Counted from the first letter of the stretch, positions 27,653 to 42,562 are shown. The stretch: DNA of 64,000 nucleotides from Eledone cirrhosa (GCA_964016885.1 OZ024751.1:35588001-35652000); one strand, 5' to 3'. Notes: a model not told the origin generated them from the sequence alone. Translations and numbers: made by a program.

Positions 27653-28436
27653 ATAGAAAGGGGACATAAAAATGCAGCTGATGATGATTTAGTACGAACA
27701 TTTGTAACCATTTACAAGATTTCTCTGATGTAATATTCACAGAACAATGTGTTGTCTCTTTGAATATCAAGATTTCTATGATATGATATTTCACAGAACT
27801 GATAAATATATCATCTCTGTATATAACAGAGACCCATAACAACTAGTTAAAGTTATAATAAATCTATGAATTCAGTTTTTAGGCAGTTTTTGAAAGCATT
27901 GTGACAATATTATAAAGATTTTTAAATGATCAGATGTCCAAAGAATGCATAAAATATTCTCTACCAAGAGTATTTTATCATAACAGCAGTACTAGGGAAG
28001 TTATGTCTTTGATACAATTGAAAGGTCCTTGTTATTAGCAACTCTAAATTTATCACATCATAAATCAAATTTATCATAACACCCATTAAAATGTATCACA
28101 ATGCCCATTAAATTCATCACAACACAAAGTGAATTTAACTTAACACAATGAATTTATCTCAACACCAATTAAATTTATCAAAACACCCATTAAAAGCTCT
28201 GATAAATATAACACTAATTCCAACATGAATGTTATATAAATATATTGTTACAATAACACTAATTACATTAACATTAAGTAAATAAGTTCTGTTGCTATTA
28301 GTAACTCTAAATTATATATTTCTTTATTAGCCACAGGAATTACATTTCATGTATCTGATTGCATGTAAAGGCTGACATTTTCAAATGTTTGGATTGGGTT
28401 GTTGTTTTTTATGTAATTATACATATGTATATATGC

Positions 28437-28511
<75 letters not shown>

Positions 28512-28789
28512 TAACAGAATGTTGTAGTTTGCTTGAAGCATTGTGGAATAAGAAATACAAATTTAAACAAGATTAAATATTTGGAAGCCCTACAATGCAT
28601 GCAAGATTAAAAGTGCCAAGTTAAATAAGAGTTAGAGAAAATAAAAGGACTGAGAAAAGAGTGACAATGGTAGAATTTACCCTTACCAATTTTATTGATC
28701 TCAAATATTTTCAGATTTACCATCCATTATCAAGAGAATTCGTGTGTAGGCTTAGGGAACAGTCAGAAGAGTTGTTGTTGGCTGGTATG

Positions 28790-28824
<35 letters not shown>

Positions 28825-29631
28825 ATAATAATAAATATATAGATATAATAATAATAATGAATGTGAAGACTAAAATCCAAAGAGAGTTCTTATATATTTG
28901 ATATATATTTATCCCTATCGAGTCCTCTTTGGATTTTAGTCTTATAAATATATATATATTATATAAAGGAAGTAAGGATTTTTTTATATCCTACATGGGT
29001 AAAAATATAGGAAAATTTTGAAAGTCATCAATCTCTGAAACCGGTGAAGTTATTGTAAATAAATCTTTTTAAACACACACATGCACACACACATACATAT
29101 ACACACGCATACATACATTAATACATAACCATATACACATACATTAATACATAACCATATACACATACATGCACATGTACATATAAACAAACATATAAAC
29201 ATACATATGAACACATACATGCACACGTATTCATATACACATACATATGAACACATACATGCACACATATTCATATACACATACATATGAACACATACAT
29301 ATATACACCTTTCATACAGACATATATACACCTTTCTCTAACTCGTCTTCTACAACAGCTCTCATGTTACAACAGCTATGTCTATATACACTCACTCTCA
29401 CTTAAATATATACACAGTGAGAGTGAGAGTGTGTTATCATGGCTATCTATATATACATACACACATAACTATATAGTCATATATATATATATGTATGTAT
29501 AGAGAGATAGTGTGTGTGTGTGTGGATGTGTAAGTGTTATATGGCCTTCAAATCAATGATTTCATGTCCAAATATATTAATAATATATATATACTGTATG
29601 TTTACTGTACCTCTCTCTGGTCATACTACAT

Positions 29632-29838
<207 letters not shown>

Positions 29839-31299
29839 GGCCAGCCTACATACATTGTACTTTTAGATCTATGGCCCTTTCATTTCATACACATATATAC
29901 TAGCTACACATATATATATATATATAACGAAGGAAGTGTGGTAAGGAACCAGATGGACTATAACGCACCAGAGTACTCAATACTTAGGATAGTAGAGTGG
30001 GTAATAGGAGAAAGTATGACCCCGACGGCAGAGCTCAAGCCGTTTCGACGGCTATTTCTGGACTCCAGAAATAGCCGTCGGGGTTAAACATTTTCCTATA
30101 TACATATATATACACACACACTACATACATATATACTACCTACACACACATATATATGTATATATAAAATTTAATATAGAAATGACTTCTACAAGACTAG
30201 AACTGTTTCATTTGAAATAAATCATCAGGGAATCCCTAATAATTTCCTGTAGAAGCCATTTCTATATTAAATTTGATGTTTACGCCTTACTAATATATTG
30301 AGTACCTTACTGTGGTTACTCCCCCCCCCCCCCCCGATTGAAACCCCTGGGACTCACATACATATATATATATAAGTTATTCCAGGTTGAATCGGAGGTA
30401 ACGACAGTAAGTAAGGTACTCAATACATAGCAGAGTATAAATGTTTTAATATAGAAGAGCTTCTACAGGACTAGAACTGTTTCATTCGTGAAAAATCATC
30501 TACTACTTTCATATATATACTATATATATATATATATATATATTTATATCATCATCATCATTGAACACCTTTCCTGCTAATCAGGGTTCATCTACCTATG
30601 ATGATATTCCATACATGACCAGTGAACTAGTACAGTTGTTAGATAGAATGCTTTGTGGTATTGAGTTACGTCCCTTTACACTCTGTGTTCAAATCTCACC
30701 TTTCATCTTTAGGGGAGGCTGAGAAAATTAAGTACCAGTAATGCATTGGGGTCGATTTAAGCGACCCCCCCCCCTCCTCCAAAATTCTTGGCCTTGTGTC
30801 TCTAATAGAAACCATTGTTATTTGGTAACAATGAACTCAAACTAGGTCAGTTTACACACCTGAGAGTCACTCAGCCATTTTATAGAGAGGGTGGGGTGGG
30901 GTGTGAGGGCGAGAGGGTGGATGGGAACAGCAGGCAGGGGGGGGAGGGGGCTCTCTTTAGTGTGTGGGGGAGGAAGTGGGGAGGGGGTCTCTTTACTTCC
31001 TGTCTATATTTATAGAATCAGACAGTTTCCATGGAGATGTCCAGGGTCTGTGTTTATAATTGGATTATCCCCCCCCCCTCCCCCTTCTATTGACTCAATA
31101 CACTTAAGTACTAGTTAGTACCTTGTGACATACTGTACTGGTGGTGGTGGTGGTTGTGGTGGTTGTGGTTTGTGGTGGTGATAGTGTGGGGTAGTGGCGG
31201 TGGTAGTGTGGTGGTGGTGGTGGTGGTGGTGTTGATAATGTGGTGGTGGCATTGTAGTGGTGCTGTTTTGTTACTAGTATAGTAGTGGTGGTGGTGGTG

Positions 31300-31342
<43 letters not shown>

Positions 31343-31461
31343 TATACACACACATAAGTATTGAAGTTTCCGTTGAAAATTGAAAAAGACATAGGAGTGA
31401 AGAGTGCTCTATGTAAGTACCAGAGCAAAATTTAATGTATAATAAACAATACAATATAATT

Positions 31462-31531
31462 ACCTCATTACCAGAGGTTTCCCGAATAAGACGAATACGA
31501 AATACGTCCTCATTCGTTCGTCGGACAAGGC
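31462..31531 (-). ncRNA. Type I hammerhead ribozyme candidate (family P1, CCGACGA core)
   Basis: Minus strand reads GCCTTGT-CCGACGA-a-CGAATGAGGACG...CGTCTTATTCG-g-GAAA-CC-tct-GGT-A-ATGAGGT. All three stems pair. Confidence 0.7.
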
Positions 31532-31693
31532 AAATATTATATATATACATATATATATATATATCTACAACATATATATATATCTTCATCACTGTTTAAT
31601 ATTCCACACTAGCATGGCTTAGACCAGTTGTCCTGTTGTGAGAAATGCCAGGTGACCATGTCATGCTCATACAGAACTGATTTTGTCTTGGTT

Positions 31694-31724
<31 letters not shown>

Positions 31725-32673
31725 TGCCCTCTCGTTATCGAGTATGGTAATTGCATGATATAACATTATTAATAGTTATTTGTTAATTCCATCGTGCAAT
31801 GCCTGTACGTGAAGATATTTTGTTAAAGTGAGGAAAGACTGTGCACTGAGCCAATCCCACTCTCTGAGAGACAGTAGCTATAACCCGAAAAGAAGAAAAG
31901 ATCAACATCATTGGTAACTACTGGGCCGTAGGTTTTATATCGGAGTTATCCCAGTTTCCTGAGTTGCCTTCTCCTAGAAGAATGCCCTGACAAAGGCTAG
32001 GGGTCCTTCACTCCCAGTGGTTTAACCGCACGACCGGATATCCAGCATGACTATTTCTATGCCCCCACGCATATTCATACACATGCACCCATGTATATAC
32101 ACACATACATACATATGTACATGTGTATATACATATTTACACACTTTTGGATGGCCGTTGGCTCTTATGAGATCTTCCGCCCTTTGTCAGGTTTTGGTTT
32201 TTGTCCTGCAGGTGTCCAAAATCACCCTCCTCACCAAGTAAACTTGTTGAGGTTGCCGGTTTAGTCGCCGATGACCCGACCATGATATATATATATATAT
32301 CCATATATATATATATACCATATATATATACACACACATACATATGGAGGCACATGGCTTAGTGGTTAGAGCATTGGTCTTGCAATCGAAAAGTTGTGAG
32401 TTCAGTTCTCAGACCGGGTGGTGTGTTGTTTCCTTGAGCAAGACACTTTATTTCACATTGCTCCAGTTTACTCAGCTGTAGAAATGAGATGATAGGGGGC
32501 TGGGGTCCCTATCATTCCACTGCAAAGTAGTCGTGGAGGTGCCACGGCAAAAAAGCACCCAGCACTCACTGTAAATGAGGTTGGTGTTAGGAAGGGCATC
32601 CAGCTGTATCAAGCCAGAATCAGTTCCCGTCCCACCCTTGCAAGCAGGGAAAAGCGGACGTAAAATGATGATG

Positions 32674-32716
<43 letters not shown>

Positions 32717-33309
32717 CATATATATATATACATACATACATACATACATATGTTTATGTATATATATATATATATATATATGTTTATTTATATATATATG
32801 TTTATATATATATATTGGTATTTATATATATATGTTTATATATAATGATGTTTATATATATAAAATGATGATGATGATGATGATGATTGGTATTTATATA
32901 TATATATATACATATACATACATACATATATATGTTTATTTATATATATATATAGTATATGCGTTCTTAAAATAGATCATTGTGATATTTATAAACAGTA
33001 GTTTAGGCAGGTCTTTGATGTAAAAATCAATAAACAGATGTTTGATATTGATTCGACTTTATATAGATTTTACAGCACAAACTGTACCATGACGTCTGGG
33101 GCAGATGGATAGATTGATATGTATATATATGTGTATATATATATATATATATATACACTTACATACACACATATATACACACACATATCTATCTATCTAT
33201 CTATATATCTCTATATACATACACACACATACGCATACATACATGTATGCATATGCACACACACACATACACATATCTATAGATTGTTTATATGACACCA
33301 ATTCTGCCA

Positions 33310-35925
33310 TTCCCAACCACCAATACCACAACCACCACCACAACAACACCAATACCACAACCACTACCATCAACAACACCAGTACCACAACACGCCACTA
33401 CCACCAACACAACCACCACAACCAATACCACTATCATCAATACCACCACCACAACAACACCAATACCACCACCACCACAACAACACCAATACCATCACAA
33501 CACCACCACCACCACAACACCACCACCACAACAACACCACCACACCACCACAACAACACTAATACCATCACAACACCACCACCACACCACCACCACAACA
33601 ACACCACCACAACACCAATACCAAAACAACAACAACAACAACCACCACCACAACAACACCAATACCACCACAACACCAATACCACAACCACTACCACCAA
33701 CAACACCAATACCACAACACGCCACTACCACCACCACAACCAATACCACTATCATCAATACCACCACCACCACAACTCCACCACCACAACACCACAACAC
33801 CACCACAACACCACCACAACACCACTACAACACCACCACCTCACCACCACCACACCACCACACCACCACAACACCACCACCACACCACCACCACACCACC
33901 ACCACAACACCACCACACCACCACAACACCACCACAACACCACACCACCACAACACCACCACAACACCACCACAACACCACCACCTCACCACCACCACAC
34001 CACCACACCACCACAACACCACCACCACACCACCACCACACCACCACCACAACACCAACACCACACCACCACACTACACCACCACCACACCACCACAACA
34101 CCACCACCACAACACCACCACACCACACCACCACAACACCACCACAACACCACCACATCACACCACACCACACCACCACAACAACACCACCACACCACAA
34201 CACCACACCACCACAACACCACCACCACACCACACCACCACACCACCACAACACCACCACAACACCACCACCACAACACCACCACACCACCACCACACCA
34301 CCACACCGCCACAACACCACACCACCGCAACACCCACACCACACCACACCCCCACAACAACACCACAACAACACCACCACCACAACAACACCACAACAAC
34401 ACCACCACCACAACACCACACCACCACAACACCACCACACCACACAACCACAACACCACCACACCACACCAACACCACACCACCACAACACCACCACCAC
34501 ACCACAACAACACCACACCACCACAACACCACCACACCACCACCACACCACCACAACACCACACCACCACAACAACACCACCACCACACCACACAACCAC
34601 AACACCAGCACACCAACACCACACCACACCACCACAACACCACCACCACACCACCACACCACACCACACCACCACCACACCACACCACCACCACACCACC
34701 ACACCACCACACCACCACCACAACACCACACCACCACCACAACACCACACCACCACAACACCACCACCACACAACACCACACCACCACAACAACACCACC
34801 ACAACACCACCACACCAACACACCACCACACCACCACAACACCACCACCACACAACACCACACCACCACAACAACACCACCACAACACCACCACACCACC
34901 ACAACACCACCACCACACCACACCACACACCACCACCACACCACACACCACCACCACAACACCACCACAACACCACACCACCACAACACCACCACAACAC
35001 CACCACACCACACCAACACCACACCACACCACCACAACACCACCACACCACCACCACACCACACCACACCACCACACCAGCACAACACCACCACAACACC
35101 ACACCACCACAACACCACACCACCACAACACCACCACCACACAACACCACACCACCACAACAACACCACCACAACACCACCACACCAACACACCACCACA
35201 CCACCACAACACCACCACAACACCACCACAACACCACCACACCACAACACCACACCACACCACCACAACACCACCACACCAACACACCACCACACCACCA
35301 CAACACCACCACACCACCCAACATTTTAGTCACCCAATATTTCATGTCATATTTCTTTAACTTTGTTTCAACAATGACTCAAGTTTCTTTGCCTTGCTTC
35401 TCTTCTTTCTCCCTATCATCAGCATCATCATCACCACCACCGCCATAAGCACCATCAGCATCAACTCCATAAGCACCATCATCACCAACACCACCATCAC
35501 CACCAACCACCGCCATAATTGTCATCACCACCACCATCACCACCACCATCACTGCCACCACCACCACCATCACCACCACCACCACCACCATCACCACCAC
35601 CACCACCACCATCACCACCACCACCATCACCACCATCACCGCCACCACCATCAACACCACCACCACCACCACCACCATCATCACCGCCACCACCATCAAC
35701 ACCACCATCACCATCACCACCATCACCACCACCATCACCACCACCACCACCACCATCACCACCACCACCACCATCACCAACACCAACACCAACACCACCA
35801 CCACCACCACCACCACCACCACCACCACCATCACCACCACCAACAACACCACTACCATCACCACCATCACCACCATCACCACCAACAACACCACTACCAT
35901 CACCACCAGCACCACCACCACCTTC
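33310..35925. repeat. (CAC/CAA)-rich and (CCA/TCA)n compound microsatellite blocks
   Basis: Directly visible. The His/Thr/Pro ORFs are artefacts. Confidence 0.92.
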
Positions 35926-35998
35926 ATCATTGTTGTATATATCTCTCCCTTCAGCCAAGATTAAGACATTCCTGGCTACATTAAATGTTTCTAGGTTG

Positions 35999-36029
<31 letters not shown>

Positions 36030-36441
36030 ATTTTACTCAGTTATAGTCTGTCTATGTGTATATATATATATTTTACTGGGTTATATGTTTATGTGTGTAT
36101 ATACATTTTACTGGGTTGTATGTTTGTGTAGGTTATGTCAGTCTGTCTGTCTGTACAGTGTCAGATTTAGGACAAATGAGGCCCTGTGTTATGAGGCTCT
36201 GTGTTAAGTTATGAGGTCCTGTTTGAGTTAAGTTATGAAGCTTGAAAAACATTTGAAAAATTCATCAATTTTTTTTGGGGGGGGGGGTACTCCCCCATCC
36301 CTGCCCAACGGGGCCCTCAAAGGAACAAACATTAAGAATTGTTAAGTTTAAAAATCATTTTTGTTTTGTAAATCTTTAAAATAATTTTTGTTTTATTTAA
36401 AATAAAAATGTTTAAATAATTTTCCTTGTATTTCTTTTCAG

Positions 36442-36701
36442 AACCATCACTGTTCAACCGTACCATCGACAGCCACAACAGCAACAACAACAACAGCAAC
36501 CATGTTTATAAAAATGTGTCTCTTGTGGACTTCATCAGACAACAACAGGCTGACCTGGGTAACCACAGCCAGCTCAGCCGTGAGACACTACAAGATCTGC
36601 TGACCACACATCTGGTCAAGCAGTTTCTACAGATGAGGCAATCAAACAATGAAGAGACGAAGCCAGTCGACTTGGTGGTGGAAGATGTGCACAATGCCAA
36701 T
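36442..36701 (+). CDS. Internal exon of TPR-repeat protein gene (EPSLFNRTIDSH...VEDVHNAN)
   Basis: TTTCTTTTCAG acceptor, non-repetitive open frame, AAT|GTAAGC donor in phase 0 that joins 37650 in frame. Upstream exon(s) not confidently located. Confidence 0.75.
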
Positions 36702-37649
36702 GTAAGCCTCCCCCCTATCCCTCTCTCTCCCTTCCTCTCTCTCTCCCCCTTCCTCTCTCTCTCCCTCCCTCTCTCTCTCCCTCATTACTATTACTACTGT
36801 TACTACTACTACTACTATTACAATACCAATGTAAGCCTCTCCCTCTCTCTCCCTTCCCCCCTCTCTCTCCCTCATTACTATTACTACTATTACTACTACT
36901 ACTACTGTTACTACTACTACTACAATGCCAATGTAAGCCTCCCCCCCATCCCTCTCTCCCTCCTCCTCTCTCTCTCTCCCTCATTACTATTACTACTGTT
37001 ACTACTACTACTACAATGCCAATGGAAGCCCCCCCTCTCCCTCCCTCTCTCTCTCCCTCATTACTATTACTACTGTTATTACTACTACTACTACTATTAC
37101 AATGCCAATGTAAGCCTCTCACTCTCTCTCTCCCTCTCCCTTCCCCCCACCCTCCCCCCATTACTACTACTACTGTTACTACTACTACTATTACAATGCC
37201 AATGTAAGCCTCCCCCCCCACCCCTTCTCTCTCATTACTATTACTACTGTTACTACTGTTACTACTACTACTACTACAATGCCAATGTAAGCCCTTCTCT
37301 CTCCCCTTCTCTCATTACTATTACTACTGTTACTGCTACAATTCCAATGTAAGCCTCTCTCACTACTACTACTACTACTACGATGATAATGACAGTACAA
37401 TGTTGATGTTGGTGTGATATTGATGTTGATGATGATGATGAAAGGTAATGAAAGATTGTTAGTGTTGATGATGATGGTGGTGATGAATTGTGCTGCTGCT
37501 GTTACTGATGATGATGATAGTGTTGGTGTTGATGATGATGATGACAAAAACAAAAAATGATGTTGATGAACAGTGGTGATGGTGATGATGATGATGATGA
37601 CCAACAGTGACATATTTTTAATACCAAGATTTCTCAATTTCTATTTCAG

Positions 37650-40600
37650 AAAACAACAGTTGAGGAATCATTTAAAGACAATGTTAAAAAGCCAGAGTTA
37701 CCAGATACACTTGACAATGCCACGAAACTCCTTAATGAGTATCAACTGGATGAGTCTGAGCACATGTTCCTGCGACTACACCAACAGGCATTGTGTAGTC
37801 CAGAAGACCAACGCCAATCACTGGTCAATGTCCTTGTAAATCTTGCCGAAATATGTTTACGTCGCAGCCGCAGGTGTCGAGACAATCCAATGGAGAAGCA
37901 GTGGCTTTACACACACACCATTGCACTCTTACAAAATGCATCAGAAATCTGTGATAAGGCTATTCATGGTGAAGATGACCGAGGGACTTTGGACACAGAT
38001 TGGTTTCAACAGCAGCAGTCATCTATTTCAACAAAACTGAGGCCAGTCGAAGACAACCAAAGCCGAATTCTTTATAATTGGTTGAAGAACGAAGAAAAAA
38101 TGATTGAGACTCTTCGGCCTTTATTTGCTTCCACGCCATCAATTCAAACAAAAAACTTTCCCCTCACACCAAGCATGCCTCGTCAGAATCTGTTTCCTGG
38201 GATGCCAAGCTTTGTGTCAAATGAAGCACGGTCTGACAAGGATAACTTTGCAGAAAGGTTACGATGGCTTACAAAATTCTGGCGGTACTGCCGAGATCGG
38301 TTACATAACAAAAACTTTAAGGAGATTATTGAGCGTCTTTCTGAGAAAGTTGAAGAAGAAATGAACAGCTTTGAATCTCCAATGTCTCCGCTGAATGAAA
38401 ACAACAACAATGAGAAAGATTTCGAGGATGTCTTCTATCTCGATGTTGAAGAAGTGCGGGATATTGGAAACATTAAAGAACTTTCAGATGTCAACTCTCC
38501 TGTCCGTCAGTACTCCCTGTCATATGAACTTGCCTCTAGCGATGTCAATGTTGACGGATGGGACTTTTTTCTGGAAGAGCGGAAAAACTACAAGTTTGAC
38601 ACTGTCATCCAGATGTCACCAAATGTGAAGTCACGAAATAATGATGCTGAGTTTATCATAGACACAGAACTTTCTGAGGAGAAGCAGAGATTAGCTGATA
38701 TGACCGAACTGATATCGCCTCTCCATGAACACAGCATCAGTCTTACTATTGTCCGTTCGTTAATCAAATTAGCTGAAAGATTAGCCAAAGAGGAAGACTT
38801 TACTAAAGCTGAAGCTCTATATGAACAGATTTATATTATCCTCTTTGAAATTAAGGATTCCAGTGTATTGGTGATGAAGCTGAAGGCCAATGTTATGAAA
38901 AATTTGGGTATGTTGAAATGCAAACTCAGCAAAGGTGATGTTGGATTGAAAATGCTGAAGAAAGGTTTACAGATGTGTAGGGAACTTGGTGAAAATGGCA
39001 TTAACAATGAAGTGTCTGTTGTAATGTTTGAACTTGGAAACGGTTACATTGTAGAGAAATGGAATGATGAATCCTTCTTTGACAATATCATTGCAGTGAT
39101 TGCCGAGTCTTTCGAGAAGGAATTCTCTGATCCTGATAACGAAACCTCATCCAGTCAGACTTCTCAGACGGAGAACAATAACGAAAGTATCAATGAAAAT
39201 GCTAAGATAGATGATAAAAATATCAAAGAAGCAATGTCTTGTTTCGAGGAAGCAATAAGTATATTAGATGAGGTAGAAGAACGGGATGAAAAACAAACTG
39301 ATGTCCTCGCCAAATCTTATCTGAAACTCGGGGATTGCCATTTTATGATGAAGGAATTTAATGAAGCCCTTATTTGTTTTGAAAAATCATGGACCCTTTT
39401 CAATTCTCGTGGCCAGTCAGCCGGGAGAGCACTGTTTTTAGAGAATGCTCACGTTTTGCTTATGCTAGGTGTTTCAAGTTTCATGCTTCATGTCTACCCA
39501 CGTACTGTATCTGTGTTTGAACTAGGTCATAGAATGCTTAAGTATGTGTATGGAATATCAGGACAAAACTTCTTTGTTGGCCTGATTCTTTCGTTACTTG
39601 GTATAACATACTACAAACTGAAATACTACCACAAATGCGTGTCTGTTTGTTTTCAAGCTTTTGAAATTTTCTCTAACCTTTATCAAAATACATTATCTAC
39701 TCTTCCGAAACATAAATTCTGGCTGGTGTGTCAGACACTATACGTCCTTGGGAACTCATATAATGTGCTTAATTTACAGCACAAAGCCATCAAATACCTC
39801 TCGTTAGGCAGGTCATTGATGTTGTCCACACGCACAGCTGATAAAAGACAACATATGAGGATTTTACAGATTCTAGGTGACTGTTATTTTGCACAATATG
39901 ACTATAAAACATCGCTTGATTTCTACAATGAAGCTCTTACTCTTGCTGACGAGAAAGTGAGTCATGAAGATTTTGATCCAAACCAGAGCTCTGAAGATAT
40001 GGCCTTGCACAATCAATTGCTAAGCCGTTCTGCAGATGCACATATTAGCATGAGACAGTACCAGAATGCTGTTCACTATTTAGAGCAGGCACGAGATATC
40101 CAGGATATTTTACAAGAAGACATTAAAGGTGATCTGGTCAGTACATTAAAACAACTTGGTCAGATGCATTCCGTAGCTGGAGATGTTGAGAAAGCCATAG
40201 AATCATATAATGAATGTATTGAGATTTATAAAGAAATCCATGGGAAACTTGAGCCAGAGATGTGTGAAACACTTGGAAATTTGGCAACAATGTGCTATGT
40301 GAAGGCCTGCATTTGTGAAGACATTGATCAAGAACTTCAAATGATTCTGAGAGCAGAGCAATGCTTCCAAGATGCTCTCACAATGGAAATGAATCATTGC
40401 GTTTGTGTAAAATATGCCAATTTCTTGTACAGCCAAGGAAATTATGATGACGCTATATTATATTTGGAGGATTGCTTAAAAATCCAGATCCCGTTTCCAA
40501 ATATTGTTTATGGTGGACTTGAGAAAGTAACCCTACCGGAACTTCTTCAAGAGGAAGTTGATGCCCAGGAAGAAGTGGTGCTTCCAGCATCTTCTTTGGC

Positions 40601-41006
40601 ATATTACCTGCTAATTCTTTGCAACCGGTTGATGAATCGTCTAGACGGAGCAGAGAAGTATATCTTACTTCTAATGGAAGAGGCCTTCTTGTTTCAAGAT
40701 CCTCTCCTACATTCCCTTCTTGGGTACTCCCTGATGGAGATATCTCTGTATGAAGAAGCTGCCATTGCTTTCTTTGAGGCAGCAATAATGCAACCAGAAT
40801 ATTTCCTGGCAATGGACAACTACTGTATCTGTCTGTGTCTTCTAGTTCTCACTACGCTACAGCAGGCCATTATTACAATGTTGAAAAGTGCTGGTGTGGA
40901 GTTTGAGGAGTATACCTATGACACTTTGTCACCTTTGTCAAATTGTCAATTAACACCAAACTATCTTGAATTATCAGACACGGAACTACAAGAAATTTTT
41001 AACTAA
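37650..41006 (+). CDS. Large terminal exon of a tetratricopeptide-repeat (TPR) protein, 1118 aa in this exon
   Basis: TATTTCAG acceptor at 37648-37649 is in frame with the 1080-aa ORF (adds KTTVEESF...ESEH). Repeated TPR motifs, e.g. LAKSYLKLGDCHFMMKEFNEALICFEKS and LGQMHSVAGDVEKAIESYNECI. Confidence 0.9.
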   Translation, partial: KTTVEESFKDNVKKPELPDTLDNATKLLNEYQLDESEHMFLRLHQQALCSPEDQRQSLVNVLVNLAEICLRRSRRCRDNPMEKQWLYTHTIALLQNASEICDKAIHGEDDRGTLDTDWFQQQQSSISTKLRPVEDNQSRILYNWLKNEEKMIETLRPLFASTPSIQTKNFPLTPSMPRQNLFPGMPSFVSNEARSDKDNFAERLRWLTKFWRYCRDRLHNKNFKEIIERLSEKVEEEMNSFESPMSPLNENNNNEKDFEDVFYLDVEEVRDIGNIKELSDVNSPVRQYSLSYELASSDVNVDGWDFFLEERKNYKFDTVIQMSPNVKSRNNDAEFIIDTELSEEKQRLADMTELISPLHEHSISLTIVRSLIKLAERLAKEEDFTKAEALYEQIYIILFEIKDSSVLVMKLKANVMKNLGMLKCKLSKGDVGLKMLKKGLQMCRELGENGINNEVSVVMFELGNGYIVEKWNDESFFDNIIAVIAESFEKEFSDPDNETSSSQTSQTENNNESINENAKIDDKNIKEAMSCFEEAISILDEVEERDEKQTDVLAKSYLKLGDCHFMMKEFNEALICFEKSWTLFNSRGQSAGRALFLENAHVLLMLGVSSFMLHVYPRTVSVFELGHRMLKYVYGISGQNFFVGLILSLLGITYYKLKYYHKCVSVCFQAFEIFSNLYQNTLSTLPKHKFWLVCQTLYVLGNSYNVLNLQHKAIKYLSLGRSLMLSTRTADKRQHMRILQILGDCYFAQYDYKTSLDFYNEALTLADEKVSHEDFDPNQSSEDMALHNQLLSRSADAHISMRQYQNAVHYLEQARDIQDILQEDIKGDLVSTLKQLGQMHSVAGDVEKAIESYNECIEIYKEIHGKLEPEMCETLGNLATMCYVKACICEDIDQELQMILRAEQCFQDALTMEMNHCVCVKYANFLYSQGNYDDAILYLEDCLKIQIPFPNIVYGGLEKVTLPELLQEEVDAQEEVVLPASSLAYYLLILCNRLMNRLDGAEKYILLLMEEAFLFQDPLLHSLLGYSLMEISLYEEAAIAFFEAAIMQPEYFLAMDNYCICLCLLVLTTLQQAIITMLKSAGVEFEEYTYDTLSPLSNCQLTPNYLELSDTELQEIFN

Positions 41007-41999
41007 TCCTGTGATATATAAATTTTTTTTTTTTAAATCACTTATTTAATTTTTTTTTCAAAACTATCAAATCTGTTTTGATTCCCTCCAACAACAACAA
41101 CAACAACAATAACAACAACAACAATTGGCGCCAGATTTTATTGCATACAAAATTTTTGTAAAATATCGTGCCTAAAATATCTTTTTTTTTTTTTTTTAAA
41201 TCTGGCAGCTGATGGCCTCTTGTTGTAAGGTACAGCTAAGCGCTCTTGTTGTAAGGTACATTTAAGGTCTTGGTTGTAAGGTACAGTTGAGAGCCCTTGT
41301 TATAGGTACATTTGAGGGCTCTGGTTGTAGGTAGAGCTGATGGCTCTTTTGTTGTAGGTAAAAGCAATGGCTTCAAGTTGTAGATACAGCTGAGGGTCTT
41401 TTTTATAGGTATATTTGAGGGCTTTTACTGTAGGTACAACCAACGGCCTTTGTTGTAGATACACTTGAAATTTCATACTCATGTTCTCATGAAATATTTC
41501 CCCACTTTTCTCTGTTTTTTTTTTACTTCCCTTTAAATAAAACAACAAAAAAAACAATTTTTTATGTAATATTATTGAAATATATATAAAAAAAAGGAAG
41601 ACTGGAAACTTCTTAATATATGTAAATTTCTCTCCAAAATTGAATTTGTTTTTCGCAGTACGCGTTTCAATGGTTTTCGTACATGATATATATGTTGTAT
41701 ACATGATATGTGTATTTGTGTGTATATGATATATATGCATGCATGTATGTATATGTGTGTGCATGTAAATAATTGTGTGTATCCGTTTATATATATGTGT
41801 GTATGTGTATATGCATGTATATCTGAGTATGTATGCATATATGTGTATATGCATGTATGTGTTGTGCATGTATGTACATGAGTGTGTATGCATATATGTA
41901 TGTGTATATGTGTGTGTGTGTGTGTATGTGTATGTATGTGCATATGTATGAGTATGTATGTGTGTGCGTATATATATATATATATATGTATGTCTCCCA

Positions 42000-42250
42000 C
42001 CACAACTCCCTGTCCAAAACCATTTTCCAGAACACAGTTGAAGGAGGGGGTGAAGAAGAAGAGGCAGACAAAGAAAATCCTGATCCAACAACATCAAAGG
42101 AAAGACTGGACAAGTCTCAGTACTGTGACCCTTCTCTATATGATGGAGAACAGAACTGTGGTGATTGCTGACTGTCAGAAACGTCTATAGTGACAAACCC
42201 CAACAGCTAGAAGCACCATTTGTAGGAGGACGAGATTGATGTTGATGATA
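42000..42250 (+). mobile_element. RTE-clade LINE 3' fragment
   Basis: HNSLSKTIFQNTVEGG / RRRGRQRKS with frameshift matches RTE KTILQGTVEGxRRRGRQRKxW. Confidence 0.7.
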
Positions 42251-42519
42251 ATATATATATGTGTGGCTTTTGTCTCCTGCTCTTTTAAAGGGTATAAAAC
42301 ACCCAGTAACATGTTAATGTAGACAAAAATATGAGAATGTTGAACTTTTTAAGTATAAACTACTTTTTTTTTTTACATCATTTCCAATAACCTGATCCAT
42401 AGATTGTTCTAAAATATGTACTTCTGAATGGTTTTATATACAGGGTGTCCCCTAAAAATGTATACACACTTCAACAGCATTCAAATAAATGTGCATACAT
42501 TGCTTTGGGACACCATATA

Positions 42520-42562
<43 letters not shown>

